From Paramoeba atlantica (lineage: Eukaryota; Protista; Discosea), in contig CDRNVI010000049.1 in the NCBI GenBank assembly GCA_977017575.1, forward strand, positions 372,001 to 436,000: a stretch of 64,000 nucleotides of DNA, written 5' to 3'. This document shows, in pieces, positions 30,720 to 40,914 of the stretch (the first letter of the stretch is position 1; the number at the start of each line of letters is the position of its first letter). A program made the position numbers and the translations under genes. The notes under the pieces are model-generated. The model ran no database searches. It worked only from the letters and a program-made list of their open reading frames with translations, and was not told the origin of the DNA.

Positions 30720-32897
30720 TCAGGCGTCAGTTTCTTGTGGGCTTATAGTAGCAATCAAAGTACCTTTACTTAAGACGCTGTTCAAAGAGCAATGATACTT
30801 TACTGCACCACTCATTGAGCATTTTGCGCAATGCTCCATTTTCATGGCTTCGATTAGAGCGACTGTACTTCCCGATGTCACATGGGCTCCTTCGGGGAAA
30901 CAAAACGCGATAATTTTTCCTTGTATTGTGCTATAAACGCTAGACGACTGCTGAATCGCTTTCTTTTTTCCACTCACAAAATTATTCACGGTACTGTACT
31001 GAAGCGTTTCGTGCCCCGGAAGAAGGAGTTCCACTATGGGCTTCCCAGCTCCATCATGTGAATTTACGGCTCGAAACCGAATGACTTCTTTATTGTTTAG
31101 TGTTGTGACGTAATGATGTGGAGAGGCACTATTCTCTGCACTATGGTTTCTTTCATATGAGATGCTCATATGCATTCTCTGAGTGGGATCTTCATTAAGG
31201 ATATTTTGAGTTACAGTATTACATGTAGTCGACTTGTGTGATGAAAATCCATTTTGCCCTTCAGAGACTTCGAAATCCAAAATCAGAGTAAAATTTTCCA
31301 CTTTGGGTTGCACAGTGTATTGGATAGAAAACGTTTCCTTGGTACGAGACGTCAAAATGAGTCTGGAGGTGTAATTTTGGTTTAAACGAAAAAAAGCGAA
31401 TGGTGATGGATTACAATCGTTTCCTAACCACGAATCGTAAACTAAAACTGCCGCAGCCAACAAAGGAGCCACTTTTGGTGGCATGTCCCTGAGCAGTGCT
31501 TCGAGGTTCGCTTCTAAAAACCGTGTAGTTATACTGTTTTTCTGAACCGCGTCATGACGTAGAAGATTACCCAGCAAGTTAATATTCGTTGGAAATCCAG
31601 TAACGTGAAATTGTCGCATTGCATTTTGAAGAGCGTTCAGGGCGGAGCTCCTCTCTTTCCCTGAAGCAATCACTTTGGCAATTAAAGAGTCATAATGCAT
31701 CGATATTGTATCACCGCTTCTAAATCCGCAATCGATACGAACGTTTGTCCCCGGTTCTTCGACAATTTCGCTTGCTGGTGTCAAATAACTGATAACACCA
31801 TAGGAAGGCGCAAACTCTTGATCCGGTGCCTCAGCACACAATCGCGCTTCGATGGCATGACCGACCACTTCAACGTCGTCCTGAGAAAACGGCAAGGGTT
31901 TACCCGCGGCAATCTCCAGCTGCAGCTCCACGAGATCTACACTTTCTCCACACGCCCGGATGATGGCCTCCGTGACCGGATGCTCCACTTGCAGTCTTGT
32001 GTTTACCTCCAAAAAGAAATACTGCCGAATGTCGGGGTCATACATAAACTCCACCGTTCCCGCACCCTCATATTCCGCGAGATGCACAATTTGAACCGCC
32101 GTGCTTGTCATCGCCTCCCTTATCTCCCTCGGCACGCCTGCTGGAGCTTCTTCCACAATTTTCTGATATCTTCTTTGCAAGCTACAATCTCGGGTTCCCA
32201 AATGCACCGCCTTACCCTTACCATCCCGTACCACCTGTACCTCCACATGCCGAGCGTTCGTAAAGAAACGTTCGAGCAAAACTTTGTCATCTCCAAAGCT
32301 GCGCATGGCGTCTCGACGAGAGGCTTGTAATTTTTCAGAAAAACTCTCGGGGTTGGGGACAACAACCATCCCCCTCCCCCCTCCGCCCGCTACGGCTTTA
32401 ATCAACAAAGGATAGCCCAGTTTTTTAGCCTGGCTCTTCAGCGTGCTCTCGGTCTGATCCTCTCCACTGTAGCCCTGAATCACCGGAATGTTATTTTTCA
32501 ACATTAGTTTTTTACTTTCACTTTTATTTCCGAGGAGTCGAATGACCGCACCAGAGGGACCGACAAAGGTGAGCGCATGTTTTGACAAGAGATCCGCGAA
32601 ATCCGCATTCTCACTTAGAAACCCGTAGCCCGGGTGAATCGTATCGGCCCCGGATTGTTGAGCCACACTTAATATTTTTTGTGCATTTAAGAAAGTGTTG
32701 GCAGCAGGGGGAGGACCAAGGGAGTAAGCTTCGTGGGCCATAGAAACGTGAAGTGCAGAGGCCTCGGTTTCGTCAAAAACAGCAACCGTTCGTAGCCCGA
32801 TGCGACGGGCCGTGCGGAGGATACGACAGGCAATTTCGCCGCGGTTCGCCACCAGGAGTTTGGAGAGGTGAAGACAGACGGTGCAAGGGGAAAACAT
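30720..32897 (-). CDS. MCCA: Biotin carboxylase subunit, most like 3-methylcrotonyl-CoA carboxylase alpha
   Basis: LLVANRGEIACR, HPGYGFLSENADF, RDCSLQRRYQK, EVNTRLQVEHPVTE, biotinyl motif EAMKME. Confidence 0.85.
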   Translation of the reverse strand: MFSPCTVCLHLSKLLVANRGEIACRILRTARRIGLRTVAVFDETEASALHVSMAHEAYSLGPPPAANTFLNAQKILSVAQQSGADTIHPGYGFLSENADFADLLSKHALTFVGPSGAVIRLLGNKSESKKLMLKNNIPVIQGYSGEDQTESTLKSQAKKLGYPLLIKAVAGGGGRGMVVVPNPESFSEKLQASRRDAMRSFGDDKVLLERFFTNARHVEVQVVRDGKGKAVHLGTRDCSLQRRYQKIVEEAPAGVPREIREAMTSTAVQIVHLAEYEGAGTVEFMYDPDIRQYFFLEVNTRLQVEHPVTEAIIRACGESVDLVELQLEIAAGKPLPFSQDDVEVVGHAIEARLCAEAPDQEFAPSYGVISYLTPASEIVEEPGTNVRIDCGFRSGDTISMHYDSLIAKVIASGKERSSALNALQNAMRQFHVTGFPTNINLLGNLLRHDAVQKNSITTRFLEANLEALLRDMPPKVAPLLAAAVLVYDSWLGNDCNPSPFAFFRLNQNYTSRLILTSRTKETFSIQYTVQPKVENFTLILDFEVSEGQNGFSSHKSTTCNTVTQNILNEDPTQRMHMSISYERNHSAENSASPHHYVTTLNNKEVIRFRAVNSHDGAGKPIVELLLPGHETLQYSTVNNFVSGKKKAIQQSSSVYSTIQGKIIAFCFPEGAHVTSGSTVALIEAMKMEHCAKCSMSGAVKYHCSLNSVLSKGTLIATISPQETDA

Positions 32898-33246
32898 GAG
32901 GGTGATTAGTGTGGCATTATGGTATTTTTCTCCAATTTAACAAGCACTTCGAGAGTAAGACTAGAGATTAGGGGAATGGAGGGCGCACGATATTCCAGTT
33001 ATAAAATGAGTATATATTTTAAATATTGATATCCCAAATTTCATTCTTGCTTACCATGCATGCATTCATTTTAAATATTAGAACAATTTATTTTTCGTCT
33101 ATCTGTTTAATATTCTCCAAATGCACTCCGATTCTTGTGTCTATTTCTGCATGTAGGATCCATCTTGCTGAGGGGGGGTCAAGAATGATCAACCGTTATC
33201 AAAGATTGCTAATCATCAGCAAGCAGGAATTTGTGTGAGTAGCACC

Positions 33247-34776
33247 TCATTTCTTAGACAAGTACCTGCCTTGTAAATGATCTTGAAAATGTTTCGGGTT
33301 TAGATCTTCTCCCGTGGATTCCACTAGTATTTGTGAAACACTCTTCAAAGACGCCTTTTTCCACACGTTCTCATCTAAAAATTCGAAAATAAAATCGAAC
33401 TCGCCATTTCCCACAAGCCGATCAAACGCCTTATGTTTACGACGAAGGGCAACCGCAAACTGTGCAGCATACATGGCGCCCAAGCTGTAGGTGGGAAAAT
33501 AACCAAAAGCCCCCATGGACCAGTGAATATCTTGCATGCACCCATCCTTGTAATTTCCTGTGGTGTCGACGCCCAAGTACGACATCATCTTTTCCTGCCA
33601 AAGGTCTGGGATGGCTTCGGGCTCAATTTCTCGGTTAATCAAAGCTCTCTCAATTTCGTAGCGCAGAATAATATGCATCGGGTATGTTAGCTCATCGGCA
33701 TCCACGCGAATGAACCCAGGACGTACCTCTGTCGACAAACGTTGTAGGTTTTCGGGGGTAAAAACAAGATCATTCTTTTCCTTCAATGGATTCACACCGA
33801 AGTATTTCGCGATCATGGGTTGTATGGCACGTAGGAAGGCCAGGGATCGGCCTAGCTGCATCTCCATAAAAAGCGACTGACTCTCGTGCATCCCCATTGA
33901 ACGTGCGCGTCCTGCAGGTTGAGTGCTCCACTCGTGAGGCAAATGCTGTTCGTACTTTGCGTGCCCGGTTTCGTGAATCACTCCCATAAGACTTTGAAAT
34001 GCGAGCTCAGGATCCTCTCCGTATCGCGTGGTGATGCGCACATCGTCCGTGACACCGCCGCAAAAGGGGTGCGTGCTGACATCCAGTCGTCCAGCATCGC
34101 AATCAAATTTTAACACCTCCATTGCTTCTTTTCTCAACGCTTTCTGATTCTCGATCGGAATACGTCCCGCTACTCTGTGAATCGTAGCCTCCTTTTGCTG
34201 CGCCACAACTGTGCGAATGAGCTCTGGAAGCCATGACTTTAGGGAACCAAACGCTTCAGAAATTTTCTCCGAAGTCATCTCGGGCTCGTACTTATCCAAC
34301 AGCGCATCATAGGGTGTGGAAAACCCATACGAACGCTGCAGCAACTCTGCCTCCTGCCGTGCCAGAGAGACGACCTCAGAAAAATTTTCTAAAAAACCCT
34401 TCCAGTTATTTGCCCCTCGTTGGGTTCGCCATCCATGTTCACACTTATCATTGGCCATGGAGATACGCCGGACTAAATCCGCCGGGAGGGCATTGGCGGC
34501 ACGCCACTGTCGTCTCATTTCACAGAGATTGGCTTTTTCGTTGGGCTCTAACGCACTCCCCGATGCTGCTGCGGTTTCTATCCACCCTTCAAGCTTTGTA
34601 TCGGTGATAAGATCATGCGAATGGGATCGCAGCTCGGCAAGACACGCGGCTCGGCTCTCGACCCCTTTGTTGGAGACATTGACGCTAAAGTCCCAAGAGA
34701 GGATGGCGTCGGCATGGGCGTAGCGATGGAGTCGAGTGAAGACAGAGACGAGCTCCTTGTAGGCGGCGCGGGACAT
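33247..34776 (-). CDS. M32 metallocarboxypeptidase
   Basis: HPFCGG, HETGH (HEXXH), HESQS, IRVDADE, GCMQDIHW, FGYFPTY. Confidence 0.96.
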   Translation of the reverse strand: MSRAAYKELVSVFTRLHRYAHADAILSWDFSVNVSNKGVESRAACLAELRSHSHDLITDTKLEGWIETAAASGSALEPNEKANLCEMRRQWRAANALPADLVRRISMANDKCEHGWRTQRGANNWKGFLENFSEVVSLARQEAELLQRSYGFSTPYDALLDKYEPEMTSEKISEAFGSLKSWLPELIRTVVAQQKEATIHRVAGRIPIENQKALRKEAMEVLKFDCDAGRLDVSTHPFCGGVTDDVRITTRYGEDPELAFQSLMGVIHETGHAKYEQHLPHEWSTQPAGRARSMGMHESQSLFMEMQLGRSLAFLRAIQPMIAKYFGVNPLKEKNDLVFTPENLQRLSTEVRPGFIRVDADELTYPMHIILRYEIERALINREIEPEAIPDLWQEKMMSYLGVDTTGNYKDGCMQDIHWSMGAFGYFPTYSLGAMYAAQFAVALRRKHKAFDRLVGNGEFDFIFEFLDENVWKKASLKSVSQILVESTGEDLNPKHFQDHLQGRYLSKK

Positions 34777-35120
34777 GGGGGAAAAGGAGGAGGTGCGAGG
34801 GGGGGAGGGGAAACAGTTTCTAAGGACAAGAAAGAAATAAAGGGTCGGATGTAGCTAAAATAGGTAGGATAAAGGTAACCGCCATGACGTGTTCCACGTG
34901 CTTTTCTCCTTTTTTCTTCGCCTCTATCTACCGTAAAGGAGAATATAAAACATTTATAAACAGTGGACATTAGAATAAGGCTACATATTGTTAAAGAACT
35001 CAAGTATCAGATGATGTAATCCTGTTCGCATTGCAAAATACAATATGTAAGATTGTAAAAGGACTGTAGGCGCTGCAGGGACGTCTCATGTGTACAAGGG
35101 TTATGTAAGAGCGATTCGAT

Positions 35121-35441
35121 TCACTCACCTTGCACAAGGGCTTGGAGCTTACCGTTCTGTTTTAACTGCAGTAAAGCGTCGTATCCTCCAACATATTTCT
35201 GGTTAATGAAGATTTGAGGAACCGTGTTCGATCCCGTTCGACTATACGCGGATCGGAAGACTTCTCGCCCATTGGGAATAATATCGATTTCTAGTGAGAC
35301 AAAGCGCTGGCCAACTTCAACAAGGACGGACTTGGCTTGAACACAGTAACTGCAATAAGTAGCGCTGATTACCACTACCTTGTTCTGTCGGAGCATTGTA
35401 TTTAAAAATTCCGAGGCTTTGTCCGGATTAAGTTCGCTCAT
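35121..35441 (-). CDS. Dithiol glutaredoxin
   Basis: CSYC active site, TVPQIFI, GGYD. Confidence 0.93.
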   Translation of the reverse strand: MSELNPDKASEFLNTMLRQNKVVVISATYCSYCVQAKSVLVEVGQRFVSLEIDIIPNGREVFRSAYSRTGSNTVPQIFINQKYVGGYDALLQLKQNGKLQALVQGE

Positions 35442-35595
35442 GGGCTGACTCTGTGTTTCAGTGTGATGTTATTTGAATAGACGTAAAAACAGAAGAAAAT
35501 GTAACACTACTTTAGTACCATAATAAAGGGTTATCATGCTTTGCCAAAACATTAATCTGAAAATCTATACTTCTGGAGACTTTACAAAGATTGGT

Positions 35596-36207
35596 TTACT
35601 TCGAGTCTTCTTCTTTAGCTTTGGGGAGATACGCCATAAGATAAGGATAACGTTTAGAAAACTCATCAACCCCTCCTCGGTAGTGCCTAACATTGTAATA
35701 TCCAAGAAAACGGAGAATAGAGAACGCTGTGGTGGAACGCGCACCGAACTGACAGTAGCACACAATCTCCGTGTGCTTTTGAGGCCTCGCAAAGCCATAC
35801 CTCTTCATAAAAGGAATTTCCAAAGTTTGTATTCCGTAATAAAGTTCATCAATCGGTAACAAATTGGATCCTACTATCAAGCCCGTCCGTTCGGCTTCAA
35901 AAATCGAGCGAACATCAAGCAGGAGAGGTGGATCTTTTTCTATTACCTCGGTATCGGTTGACGAAAATTGTTTCTTTTTTTCTGGGACCAATACGTCGGA
36001 CATAATCCTGGTCGATCCGGACTCCTCACTTCTGACTGTATCACCGGAAGTTTCTTTGTACATGCTCAATATCTTGTCTCGAAGCTCGGATGCACTTATT
36101 TCACTTCTTTGGTTTGTAGAACTGGACGTAAATGCTCTACGTGACGCATATTGAAAATATCTAGACTTTCTCTGAATATGGAGAACACTCCTAACTTGTA
36201 AAAGCAT
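35596..36207 (-). CDS. Single-domain rhodanese, mitochondrial presequence-like N-terminus
   Basis: LLDVRS..E...G.I.GS.LLP, IVCYCQFGARS, YRGG. Confidence 0.88.
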   Translation of the reverse strand: MLLQVRSVLHIQRKSRYFQYASRRAFTSSSTNQRSEISASELRDKILSMYKETSGDTVRSEESGSTRIMSDVLVPEKKKQFSSTDTEVIEKDPPLLLDVRSIFEAERTGLIVGSNLLPIDELYYGIQTLEIPFMKRYGFARPQKHTEIVCYCQFGARSTTAFSILRFLGYYNVRHYRGGVDEFSKRYPYLMAYLPKAKEEDSK

Positions 36208-36487
36208 TCTGTAGAAACGGAATGATGGTCAATGCGAACTTCCACGTTGAAGAAATCTAATAAACCGCATTTCCGGAGGCTTCCTTCATGTAAAGTGTTT
36301 GAACGAAAACGTTAAATGAAACTTAATAAAAACTCTGGTGAGTCACAGAAGTCGAACAAAGCTGAAATGAAACAATCGAGAAACGAACCGAAGTAAAATA
36401 ATAAAAGATTCATGAATCCGACACATCAAAGTAATCAATAGTCTCGTTCGCTCAAGCGTTACAGTACGTGCTTCGTAAGAAAGTAGC

Positions 36488-36775
36488 TTATTTGTTCGAC
36501 AATGCACCAGGAGGTAATCCCATATGGGCCTCTTGCTCCCGTCGCTCCCTGGATTCTCCAAGGAAGGTATACACTTCAAAGAAACGATCAACACATCGCT
36601 TCTGGCATTGAAGCTGAGATGGTGTGGGCTCCTGAAACTCACCCTGGGAGAGTATATTGCCATCCATCGAACTGTCGTAGCAAGTTCTCCAACACAGGCC
36701 AATGGAGTGTGATGCTAAGTCGACCATTACACCTTGGTCCATTCCCTGGTGAAGCGCGAATTGCTGAGCATTCAT
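36488..36775 (-). CDS. Small Tim chaperone (twin CX3C, Tim8/13-like)
   Basis: CWRTC ... CQKRC in a 95-aa protein. Confidence 0.8.
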   Translation of the reverse strand: MNAQQFALHQGMDQGVMVDLASHSIGLCWRTCYDSSMDGNILSQGEFQEPTPSQLQCQKRCVDRFFEVYTFLGESRERREQEAHMGLPPGALSNK

Positions 36776-36991
36776 GATCGTGGAAAAAATGATAAATAAA
36801 GTTGGCGATGCATATTGTTTTGTACGATATTTCTCATATTGAATGCCTTAAAGGTTGTAAAAAATGTTGTTAAAAATGTATAGGATTGCGTTAGCATTGT
36901 GCACTGAAGTGCATAAAAAAAATCATTTGGCTCTTAGCCGTGTCATTACCTTATAAACTTTAAGTAATAATCGAAATCGCATGAATGGCTC

Positions 36992-39628
36992 TTATGTTCC
37001 CCACCGCTTGGCGTTAAATACAGTAACACCCGTAAACTCTTCTTCCGGCGTCGAACATAAAATGGCCACACCTCGTACATTTCGTTTCTCATGTGACCCG
37101 TTCATTATTCTATTGCTGACTCTCGTGAAAGGAAAAGCTAGTCGAGCTTTTTGAATAGTATATATTTTTAATTCTGCTTCTTCAAAGTGAGTTTCTGCTG
37201 CAGCGTCGCCACTGTCTTCTGTGGCAGAAGGGCATTCGTCCGTCTTAGTTTGAAACCCGTGCCAGTGCGCATCGACACATGCTGTGTATTTCTGTCCAAG
37301 CGCAATTTTCGCAAAACCGTCCGGCCCGTATGCAAAAATGTTCGGCAATGAGCGGGAAAAAACCTCCGCAAAGAGTTCACCTTTTCCCGGCTTAAGAATA
37401 CTAACTTCGGGAGAAAGTATTACGGCTCGTATTCCCGAACCAGCACTCCTCTTTCCATTTTCTTGACGCAAACGGGTAGAATACACCAATTGACCCATCG
37501 ACGGGGAGCACAGTGAAATAAAGTTTAATTGTTGGTCACGCGAAAGGGTAACAATACCGGCAAGTTTTGAAGCGCATGCTTCTTGATCTTTTAACGAATT
37601 CGAATCAGGGTCAGCAGGTTCAGAAAACGGAACTAAAACAACATCTACGATCGCACTACTCTCAAAACAATCCACGGAATCCCTATCCCCCATCCGAATC
37701 CTTCCCGGAATTGCGGAGTACACCACCGTCCTCGTCCCCGCATCCCACACAAAAGCACAACTATTCCTATCTGTGATCGCGACCATGTTTTCAAAACAAA
37801 CCACACGCGACACACACTGGCTGCATGTGAGAACGGCGAATACCTCCCCGTTGGACGGCTCCACTCCCCACACCTTACCATCCGCACACCCGACGATCAG
37901 CACCCACTCTTGTGAGCCCACTGAGGCAAACCCCATTGTCGTGATCCCGCACACATTTCGGGAAATTCCTCTACTGGTGCCAAACCCCTCCGGAGCCGTA
38001 ATCGATACGTTTGAGGCCGAGGCCTCATGCACACGTATCACCCCCAGGGAGATATCCGTAGCATACGCCCCCCAGGTTGCATCACCCGACAACGCTACAC
38101 ATCGCACATTTCCAGGAAGCGCTTTTGTCGAAAACTGGGCCAACGTACGCACGCGTGTAGACGATGTAAGCTGCCACAGAAACAGTCCCGCTTTTCCAAT
38201 CCCCAACACCAAAGGACGACAACCCTCGGAAGAACCATACCCAACCGCATACCCTTGACCAGGGTGAACCGCAATCTCATGTTTCGCCACATTCCCCCTC
38301 ATCTCCAGCCAGCTACGCCCAAACATCTCACGAAACCCCTCCTCACGGTTCGTCACAAAAAGCTCTCCATCTAAACCGGCAGAAATCACACAAAAAGAAC
38401 CAGAAGCGGAACCAGCAGAACCACCAGAACCCGCCCTACTCGTCACACAGGTCACATCATTCCAATGGACCCTTCGGGTGCGTCGTCCCACCCGCCACCC
38501 CTTCCCCCCCTCCCCCTCAGCCTCCAGCGTCACCACATCCCGTGCCACCCCGACCCCCACCACGGTCGTGTCCCCCACGAAGGCGACACTCAGCATTGCA
38601 GCCCTCGAGAGGTGAAAGCTGTGGGAGACGAACCCCGCGGCGGTGTCACACACAAAGAGGTCCCCGGTGTGGGTGCCGGCCACCGCGATGGAGGGGTGGG
38701 AGGGGTGGGAGGCCAGGCAGAGGACAGAGGGGACCGTAGGGGGCGTAGTGTGGCCGGCTGCTGCTTTTTGTCCTGCCACACGGAGCAGGATGCTTTTTGA
38801 GGGACGGATGACAAGGGAGGAAGCACGGCCGATTCGTGTGGTGTTGGTTGTTGTTGTGTTGGTTGTTGTTGCTGTGTTGGTTAACGACAACGATGGATCC
38901 TTCTTTGTGGTCTCGATAAACCGCAGGGTATCAAACACTTGTACACAGCCGTAGTTGTCCCCGAGGAGGAAGGTGGCCCCGTGGGGGGAGGGGGCGACAC
39001 AGAGTGCGGCGGTGGCGCTGGGGTGCTTGGTGCCGACCCCGCGGAGGGTGAAGTGTTGGGAGGGGTCGAATACCCGAGTGGTGCCGTCCTCACAGGCGGT
39101 GAGGAGGTAATGGGGGAGGGAGGGGGGAGGGGAGGTTGTGGGGTTGTGGGGAGAAGCATGATTTTGTTGTGGGGGTTGAAAGGTAAGGGTTGTGGCATGA
39201 AAGAAGCCGCCTCCAGAAGGGGGGGTGAGGACTTCTTTTAAAACTAGAGAGCGTGCATCGTAGATGAGGAACTGGCCGGAGAGAGTGGCAGCGACCAGAG
39301 ATTCCATTAGCATTGATGCAGAGGCGGTCTCATCTTCCACCATCTCCTGTACACTTTGCGTCGTGGGAGAGGAGACGCACCAGAGAAGGGACCGGATGGT
39401 AACGGATTTCAGACCGCTGGCTTGGACGGCAGGGCGGAAAGGGGTGTAGTTTTTGGCGGTTTTGTCGGATTCGTACTCGACAAGCCTAGATGTGTCCGCC
39501 GTTCGTGTCCATATTTCAATACCCCCGTCATCTCGAACCAGTGCAAGTCGTAGACCGGAGTGGTCGAGGGAAAGAGTGGTTATCCCAACGGGTGGACGGT
39601 GTACCGGTAACTGGCGAATAGATATCAT
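36992..39628 (-). CDS. WD40 protein, UTP4/cirhin-like
   Basis: N-terminal ITTLSLDHSGLRLALVRDDGGIEIW resembles UTP4; multiple WD repeats. Confidence 0.65.
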   Translation of the reverse strand: MISIRQLPVHRPPVGITTLSLDHSGLRLALVRDDGGIEIWTRTADTSRLVEYESDKTAKNYTPFRPAVQASGLKSVTIRSLLWCVSSPTTQSVQEMVEDETASASMLMESLVAATLSGQFLIYDARSLVLKEVLTPPSGGGFFHATTLTFQPPQQNHASPHNPTTSPPPSLPHYLLTACEDGTTRVFDPSQHFTLRGVGTKHPSATAALCVAPSPHGATFLLGDNYGCVQVFDTLRFIETTKKDPSLSLTNTATTTNTTTTNTTRIGRASSLVIRPSKSILLRVAGQKAAAGHTTPPTVPSVLCLASHPSHPSIAVAGTHTGDLFVCDTAAGFVSHSFHLSRAAMLSVAFVGDTTVVGVGVARDVVTLEAEGEGGKGWRVGRRTRRVHWNDVTCVTSRAGSGGSAGSASGSFCVISAGLDGELFVTNREEGFREMFGRSWLEMRGNVAKHEIAVHPGQGYAVGYGSSEGCRPLVLGIGKAGLFLWQLTSSTRVRTLAQFSTKALPGNVRCVALSGDATWGAYATDISLGVIRVHEASASNVSITAPEGFGTSRGISRNVCGITTMGFASVGSQEWVLIVGCADGKVWGVEPSNGEVFAVLTCSQCVSRVVCFENMVAITDRNSCAFVWDAGTRTVVYSAIPGRIRMGDRDSVDCFESSAIVDVVLVPFSEPADPDSNSLKDQEACASKLAGIVTLSRDQQLNFISLCSPSMGQLVYSTRLRQENGKRSAGSGIRAVILSPEVSILKPGKGELFAEVFSRSLPNIFAYGPDGFAKIALGQKYTACVDAHWHGFQTKTDECPSATEDSGDAAAETHFEEAELKIYTIQKARLAFPFTRVSNRIMNGSHEKRNVRGVAILCSTPEEEFTGVTVFNAKRWGT

Positions 39629-40110
39629 GAAGTCGAAAATTATTCAAAGAATTCTTTTGTCATTTCCTTTTAAAAAAGCATTACATAAAAACATTTATGG
39701 TCCCTGAGAAATATTGTTCAAATTACATCGTACTATACAACACCAATAATTTGTAGTATAGTATATTATTCGAATCAACAAACTCAAGTTTGATGGCAAG
39801 TATGAAATAATAGCTCTGCTGACTCTGCTAATTCGGCATATTCCACAGCTGCGGATTTTTTCAACACCACTTATGACGTGCTGTGACGAATTCGCAAGCA
39901 AAAAACGAAAGTGACAATTATCATGCAGTGTGTTTCTGAACACAAAAGCAGAGCTTTAGAGCAAAATACCAAGTCGCGCATTGCTCTAAATTGGAAGAAA
40001 CTAAATAATAGAAACCAAACTCATAGGGAAAACCTTGGCTTTACAAATAGGTTCAAATAGGTGTTCTCTACTGCTCCACGTACATACCAGAACCTACTTT
40101 GAGCGGGCTG

Positions 40111-40416
40111 TCAATGTAAAAAAGAAAACAACTCTTGCAAGTAGTAAATCATCTCAATTCGTTGTCTTTGATAATGTTCCTTAAGATCAGCAACAACCTT
40201 AGCTCTCGCGTGCTGCACAGAAATTTCATTTTTCCGTAAGCTTTCTAGTAATTCCCTTTGCTGCAGAAGTGTAATAAAAGATGCTGGTTGCATCAGTTCC
40301 TCGGAAAATGATTGATATAATTGTTTCAAAGTGTTGAATTCATCCCATTCATTTGTGTGGACGAAATCACTAAATAACAAATCGGGTGTCTCAGTCTTAA
40401 TCCTGCGACCGGTCAT
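40111..40416 (-). CDS. Small hypothetical helical protein
   Basis: 101-aa ATG ORF in cluster orientation with coiled-coil character. Confidence 0.5.
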   Translation of the reverse strand: MTGRRIKTETPDLLFSDFVHTNEWDEFNTLKQLYQSFSEELMQPASFITLLQQRELLESLRKNEISVQHARAKVVADLKEHYQRQRIEMIYYLQELFSFLH

Positions 40417-40914
40417 ATCGTATACTTCTGTATATTTAATACTCGTATATGAATGTAGTGTTAAATGTTATTCTACGTTCATTAAATGTATCAGCATTCT
40501 GTAAATATTTTTTTTTGCCGCTTCGTTAAACACTGGGTATTTTCAATTTAGAAGTCACTCATGTTGCTAGCTTCGCGTTCGGGCGGGCAAATGATTTCCT
40601 TTTCTAAAAAATTCGAACTAAAAATTCGAATTATCCAAATCTTTCCGGATTGCTCCGGACGGTCGCTGGTAAACCAGACCCTTCACAGACAGATTTCGAA
40701 GTTCCGAGGCCTCCTTTACTAGTTTCTGTTTCTCCAAGGCGGCACCAATGTGCTGTTACCAGCACGCTGCGTCGACGAATTGTAAGTCAACACGGCTTAC
40801 CCAAGAAGTTTAAAACAAATGTGGTTTCTCGTAGAGTGTCTCAAATCATCAAAAATACCAGGGGTCTCAAAATATATATTATAAACCCCCGTTCATATAA
40901 ACCGTTCATATATA

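Noticed and set aside
30720-34776. Bacterial contamination suggested by MCCA, M32 carboxypeptidase and MutY
   Set aside because: Contiguous and co-oriented with unambiguous eukaryotic genes; M32 peptidases are known in kinetoplastids.
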